DNA of 9,487 nucleotides. It comes from a virus (taxonomy: Duplodnaviria > Heunggongvirae > Uroviricota > Caudoviricetes). Positions 6,189 through 9,487 of the stretch are shown here, piece by piece. The stretch's first letter is position 1, and each line of letters opens with the position of its first letter. Both the position numbers and the translations under genes were made by a program. The stretch lies in the IMG/VR virus record IMGVR_UViG_2645728091_000021; one strand, written 5' to 3'. Under the pieces are notes generated by a model. It did no database searches. It was not told the origin of the DNA and saw only the letters and a program-made list of their open reading frames with translations.

Positions 6189-6693
6189 ACAGGTTTGTGA
6201 GGCTCTGGATGCCTGGGTATGCCGACCAGGAATGACACAGGAGCAGGCGACGATATTAATCACGGAAGCATTCTGGGCTCTGAAAGAACGCCCGAACATC
6301 GATGTTCAACGCGTCACGTTTAATGATGGCGAGGTTGATCAACGGGCGTTGGGCGTTAACCGGGTGAAGATATTCGAACGCTGGAAAGCTATCGACACCA
6401 GGGATAAGCGGGAAAAATTCACGGCGCTGATTCCGGCAATTATGGAGGCTATCCGGATCAGCGATTTCAGGTTGTATTGTGAAATTACTGACGGAAAAAG
6501 CATTACGTACATGATCGCCGGGTTAAACAAAGAATATGGTGATGTGGTGGAGTCCGGGCTGCTTTTTGCGGATCCATCTGTTGTGGAACGTGAGACTGAC
6601 GAGCTTATAGAAAAAGCTATTGCTTTCAAGCATGCGTATCGTCAGCAATACCAACAAAAAGCTGGATGGAATTATGAGCCTTCTTTTTGCTGA
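6172..6693 (+). CDS. YdaT-like / CII-position regulatory protein (173 aa)
   Basis: ORF overlaps the dicC-like 3' end by 17 nt and the replication initiator start by 20 nt, i.e. the CII position of a lambdoid right operon. The segment ...KIFERWKAIDTRDKREKFTALIPAIMEAI... resembles what I recall of Rac YdaT; the family call is tentative. Confidence 0.6.
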   Translation: MKITPEQVCEALDAWVCRPGMTQEQATILITEAFWALKERPNIDVQRVTFNDGEVDQRALGVNRVKIFERWKAIDTRDKREKFTALIPAIMEAIRISDFRLYCEITDGKSITYMIAGLNKEYGDVVESGLLFADPSVVERETDELIEKAIAFKHAYRQQYQQKAGWNYEPSFC

Positions 6694-7639
6694 ACGCCCA
6701 CTGGTTATAAACACACAGCTTGCGATGAAGATTGGCTTAAATGAAGCCATTGTGTTGCAGCAGTTGCATTACTGGTTGAGAGATACCAGTTCCGGTATGG
6801 AATGTGACGGGGTTCGCTGGATTTATAACACAACAGAACAATGGCTGGAACAGTTCCCGTTCTGGTCAGAGTCAACGTTAAAACGCGCATTTGCAAGTCT
6901 GAAAACGCTGGGGCTTTTGCGTTGCGAAAAGCTCAACAAATCAAAGCGTGATATGACTAATTTTTACACGATTAATTACGAGAGTGAGCTTTTAGATGGT
7001 GGCAAAGTGAGCGAATCCATCAGGTCAAAATGCGCCGCTCCATCGGGTCAAAATGACACGATGGAAGAGGTCAAAATGGCACGATCCATTGGTTCAAAAC
7101 GACCCAATGTCATCGGGTCAAAATGGCCTGATGATCTTACAGAGAATACAACAGAGATTACTACAGAGAATAAAAACACTTCTCGTCCGGAAGCTTCGCA
7201 ACCGGACCCGCAGACGGCTGAACAGGATTTTTTAACCCGACACCCTGACGCGGTTGTGTTCAGTGCGAAAAAACGCCAGTGGGGAAGTCAGGAAGATTTG
7301 GCGTGCGCACAGTGGATCTGGGGACGAATCGTGAGTCTTTACGAGCAGGCTGCCAGCGATGATGGCGAGATCACGCGACCGAAAGAACCAAACTGGACCG
7401 CATGGGCCAATGACGTGCGCACAATGCGGATGCTGGATGGCAGAAGCCACAGACAAATTTGCGAAATGTTTGGTCGGGTACAGCGAGATCCATTCTGGGT
7501 AAAAAACATCATGAGCCCGTCAAAGCTTCGCGAAAAATGGGACGACCTGGTCATCCGCCTGGGGCGTTCACCTGTACAGTGTTGTGTGAATCATATTTCT
7601 GAACCGGATACCGAAATTCCGCCTGGTTTCAGGGGATAA
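6674..7639 (+). CDS. Replication initiator (O-like origin-binding N-terminal domain, DnaT-like C-terminal domain), 321 aa from ATG 6674
   Basis: N-terminal domain MSLLFAERPLVINTQLAMKIGLNEAIVLQQLHYWL...LKRAFASLKTLGLLRCEKLN looks winged-helix-like. An iteron array lies inside the gene (see repeat feature), as for lambda O. The C-terminus ...SEPDTEIPPGFRG matches my recollection of the E. coli DnaT C-terminal tail (...EPDSQIPPGFRG). Alternative starts at 6620 (TTG) and 6632 (ATG) are possible. Confidence 0.8.
   Translation: MSLLFAERPLVINTQLAMKIGLNEAIVLQQLHYWLRDTSSGMECDGVRWIYNTTEQWLEQFPFWSESTLKRAFASLKTLGLLRCEKLNKSKRDMTNFYTINYESELLDGGKVSESIRSKCAAPSGQNDTMEEVKMARSIGSKRPNVIGSKWPDDLTENTTEITTENKNTSRPEASQPDPQTAEQDFLTRHPDAVVFSAKKRQWGSQEDLACAQWIWGRIVSLYEQAASDDGEITRPKEPNWTAWANDVRTMRMLDGRSHRQICEMFGRVQRDPFWVKNIMSPSKLREKWDDLVIRLGRSPVQCCVNHISEPDTEIPPGFRG
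7023..7125. repeat. Replication origin iterons: five copies of GGTCAAAATG-type core at ~23-bp spacing, followed by an A-rich ACAGAGA triple repeat (7139-7172)
   Basis: Cores at 7023-7032, 7046-7055, 7069-7078, 7091-7100 (variant GGTTCAAAAC) and 7116-7125, each within a longer repeated unit (cat-cGGGTCAAAATG-...). Immediately downstream, ACAGAGA recurs at 7139, 7151 and 7163 in an A-rich tract, resembling the AT-rich unwinding region next to the lambda ori iterons. Confidence 0.75.
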
Positions 7640-7679
7640 GTGGTGATTTTAGGGCATAAAGTAATGTTCAGGAGGACTT

Positions 7680-8087
7680 ATGGCAAAAGTATTTACACAG
7701 GAAGAGCGGGAAAAAATTAAAGGACAGGTGGTGGAACTCGTGCGCCAGAGCGGTCGTGAGACGTTACGGCAACTGGAAGCTAAAACAGGTGCGACAAGAT
7801 ATCTGATGAGCGTTCTTGCCAGAGAGCTGGTTGCCAGTGGTGATGTATATCACTCTGGCTATGGGGTGTTCCCGTCAGAACGGGCTCGTAAGGACTGGCA
7901 AAACGCCCGCAAAAAACTCTCGAGGGCAAAGGTGAAGAAACCTGTTGTGGTTGATCCGGGCCTTATCTGGACATTACCCGACGGAGAAATACGTCGCTAC
8001 GACAGGCGTATGAACATAATCTGTCGCGAGTGCCGGAAGAGCGAAGTTATGCAGCGTGTATTGGCGTTCTATCAGGGATATGCCTAG
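7680..8087 (+). CDS. Hypothetical protein (135 aa), backbone-like GC, possibly DNA-binding
   Basis: Strong AGGAGG SD 5 nt upstream of ATG 7680. Basic C-terminal half (KKLSRAKVKKP, RRYDRRMNIICRECRK). Sits where a helicase loader (P/DnaC-like) would normally follow the initiator, but is far too small for an AAA+ loader. No motif recognised. Confidence 0.65.
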   Translation: MAKVFTQEEREKIKGQVVELVRQSGRETLRQLEAKTGATRYLMSVLARELVASGDVYHSGYGVFPSERARKDWQNARKKLSRAKVKKPVVVDPGLIWTLPDGEIRRYDRRMNIICRECRKSEVMQRVLAFYQGYA

Positions 8088-8133
8088 AATTGTCACAGGT
8101 AATGAAATTAAAGAGTATTGGTTCGGATATGAA

Positions 8134-8163
8134 TTGACATTTTCGCGGCACAGAGCTAAAAAT
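8134..8163 (+). promoter_or_regulatory. Candidate sigma70 promoter in the AT-rich spacer upstream of the SIR2-like gene
   Basis: -35 TTGACA (8134-8139), 17/18-bp spacer, -10 TAAAAAT (8157-8163). A transcript from here would carry a ~290-nt leader before ATG 8456. Confidence 0.4.
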
Positions 8164-8455
8164 AGCCTACTTGTTGGTTTTGTGTGAAAAGCAGACATTT
8201 TGAGGCTCAGGATTTGTTATCAAATAAGACCAATACTTATCTATATTAATACACATTAAATACTGTGCAATACATTATTGCATTTTATTAGATAAGCGAT
8301 ATTTAGGGAAAAGAAAAGTCATAGAAAACAGGCCGCTATTTGTTGTTGGATTTTATAGGCTATATCTAGATTATCTTGCCACTGCGGTCTCTGTTTACCT
8401 AACAGCTTGGGCTTCTTTGCATGCAAGTTTGTAATAACAAGTGTAATCAAACGGA

Positions 8456-9487
8456 ATGTCTATTAATCCTAAACTTAAGCGTATCGCGCGACGCTATCCA
8501 GCGTTATTCCAATATGAGTCCCCCTATATGGCAAGAAAATTAATAATATTCGGCAACGGTCTCGGTATGGCTTTAGATCCTGCTCACTTCTCCTTAGACA
8601 GAGCGTTGGAAGAAATTTGGCATCGCCCCAATTTTTTAAAAGATATCCACAAGCAACTTATCGAGCGTTGTCTTCAGCGGCAAGGTCCACCAGAAGGAGA
8701 ACATGAGTTGGATACCCTTCACCAGGCTGTCACATATTGTAAAGCTCTTGCTCAAATTGGAGAGGGGAACGTGCATTGGCTTACTGAAGATGGACTAAAC
8801 TTCCCCAAAATTACCGCCACTTATATTCACAAAGTTGCAACCAGGTTGCATAATTACGATAAAGGTTTGCCACAAAGATTCGAAAATGCGCTTGTGGAGT
8901 TTGTAAAGAACACACACTCACATATCGCGACATTAAACTATGACAAATTATTATACAATTCATTCATAGATAATGATATATTCAACGGGTATGATGGGGT
9001 TTTAGTTGATGGGATGCTAAGCCACGGATTTTCCTCTGCAGCGCTCGAACGGAAATACAATCGTAGGTTTGGTTATTATTTGCACTTGCATGGTTCACCA
9101 CTATTTATTAATCAGCATGAAAATGTTTTAAAACTTTCACGCTCACAACTTACTCTTGACATAGATGAACCTAGTGAGCATATAGTGTTAACTCATATAA
9201 AAAGAAAACCGTCAGTTATAGCAGCATCTAATGTTCTTTCTACGTACTGGGATTATTTGCAGTTTGCATTATTTGAATCAGAAGAAATAATATTGTTTGG
9301 TTACTCTGGTCTCGATATTCACCTTAACCTGCTTATTCGACCTTACCTAACCTCTAAGCCTTTAAGAGTAATTGAGTGGAGCGGTGCTGGTGAACAAAAC
9401 GCTCGTGAGATATATTGGAAAAACCAGTTGAGACGGGAAGTTACTGTAATTAGGTTGGATAACATCACTGATTTTATTGATTGGTAG
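8456..9487 (+). CDS. SIR2-like (SIR2_2-type) domain protein, candidate NAD+-consuming anti-phage effector (343 aa)
   Basis: Complete ORF; its stop TAG is the last three bases of the window. Ordered motifs: glycine-rich loop IIFGNGLG (res 31-37), TLNYD (159-163, putative catalytic Asn161), HLHGS (210-214, putative catalytic His212), FGYSGLD (281-287). These parallel the ThsA SIR2 motifs I recall (FAGAGLS, TTNYD, KMHGD, FVGFSFTD). The gene and its 368-bp upstream spacer are visibly AT-rich compared with the phage backbone. SD is weak; M25 (8528) is an alternative start. Confidence 0.75.
   Translation: MSINPKLKRIARRYPALFQYESPYMARKLIIFGNGLGMALDPAHFSLDRALEEIWHRPNFLKDIHKQLIERCLQRQGPPEGEHELDTLHQAVTYCKALAQIGEGNVHWLTEDGLNFPKITATYIHKVATRLHNYDKGLPQRFENALVEFVKNTHSHIATLNYDKLLYNSFIDNDIFNGYDGVLVDGMLSHGFSSAALERKYNRRFGYYLHLHGSPLFINQHENVLKLSRSQLTLDIDEPSEHIVLTHIKRKPSVIAASNVLSTYWDYLQFALFESEEIILFGYSGLDIHLNLLIRPYLTSKPLRVIEWSGAGEQNAREIYWKNQLRREVTVIRLDNITDFIDW

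Noticed and set aside
5717-6299. Minus-strand ORFs of 69 and 138 aa overlapping dicA-like, the intergenic operators and dicC-like
   Set aside because: Out-of-frame overlaps of two well-supported regulator genes and their promoter region.
7023-7125. Iteron array considered as a possible CRISPR array
   Set aside because: Repeat cores are only ~10 bp at a ~23-bp period, lie inside a coding sequence, and have no leader or cas genes; the pattern fits replication-origin iterons.
6339-7554. Minus-strand and alternative-frame ORFs (60-96 aa) within the YdaT-like and replication initiator genes
   Set aside because: Embedded in supported plus-strand genes; some are simply alternate-frame readings of the iteron repeats.
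7974-8198. 74-aa minus-strand ORF
   Set aside because: Overlaps the 3' end of the well-supported 135-aa gene on the opposite strand and extends into the AT-rich spacer; no SD.

Overview
This window reads as the integration, early-left, immunity and replication region of an enterobacterial lambdoid prophage with a Qin-type (dicA/dicC) immunity module; all family assignments are by-eye motif reading and recall, with no database search run. Minus strand, right to left: dicA-like repressor, then a leftward early operon (ydfA-like small protein, an AT-rich 124-aa unknown, a ~300-nt structured non-coding leader, DicF sRNA, dicB, ydfD-like, an 819-aa RecE-like exonuclease with a DEDDh 3'-5' exonuclease C-terminus), then xis and int. 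The int stop codon is bases 1-3, so the att site lies outside the window. Plus strand: dicC-like cro, a YdaT/CII-position protein, a replication initiator with an internal iteron origin and DnaT-like C-terminal tail, and a 135-aa unknown. The window ends with a visibly AT-rich moron (8088-9487) encoding a 343-aa SIR2-like protein. That moron is the best candidate for an undescribed anti-phage system, and any partner genes would lie past the window end. Secondary candidates are the 124-aa cargo gene in the dicB operon and the mosaic exonuclease with no annealase partner.
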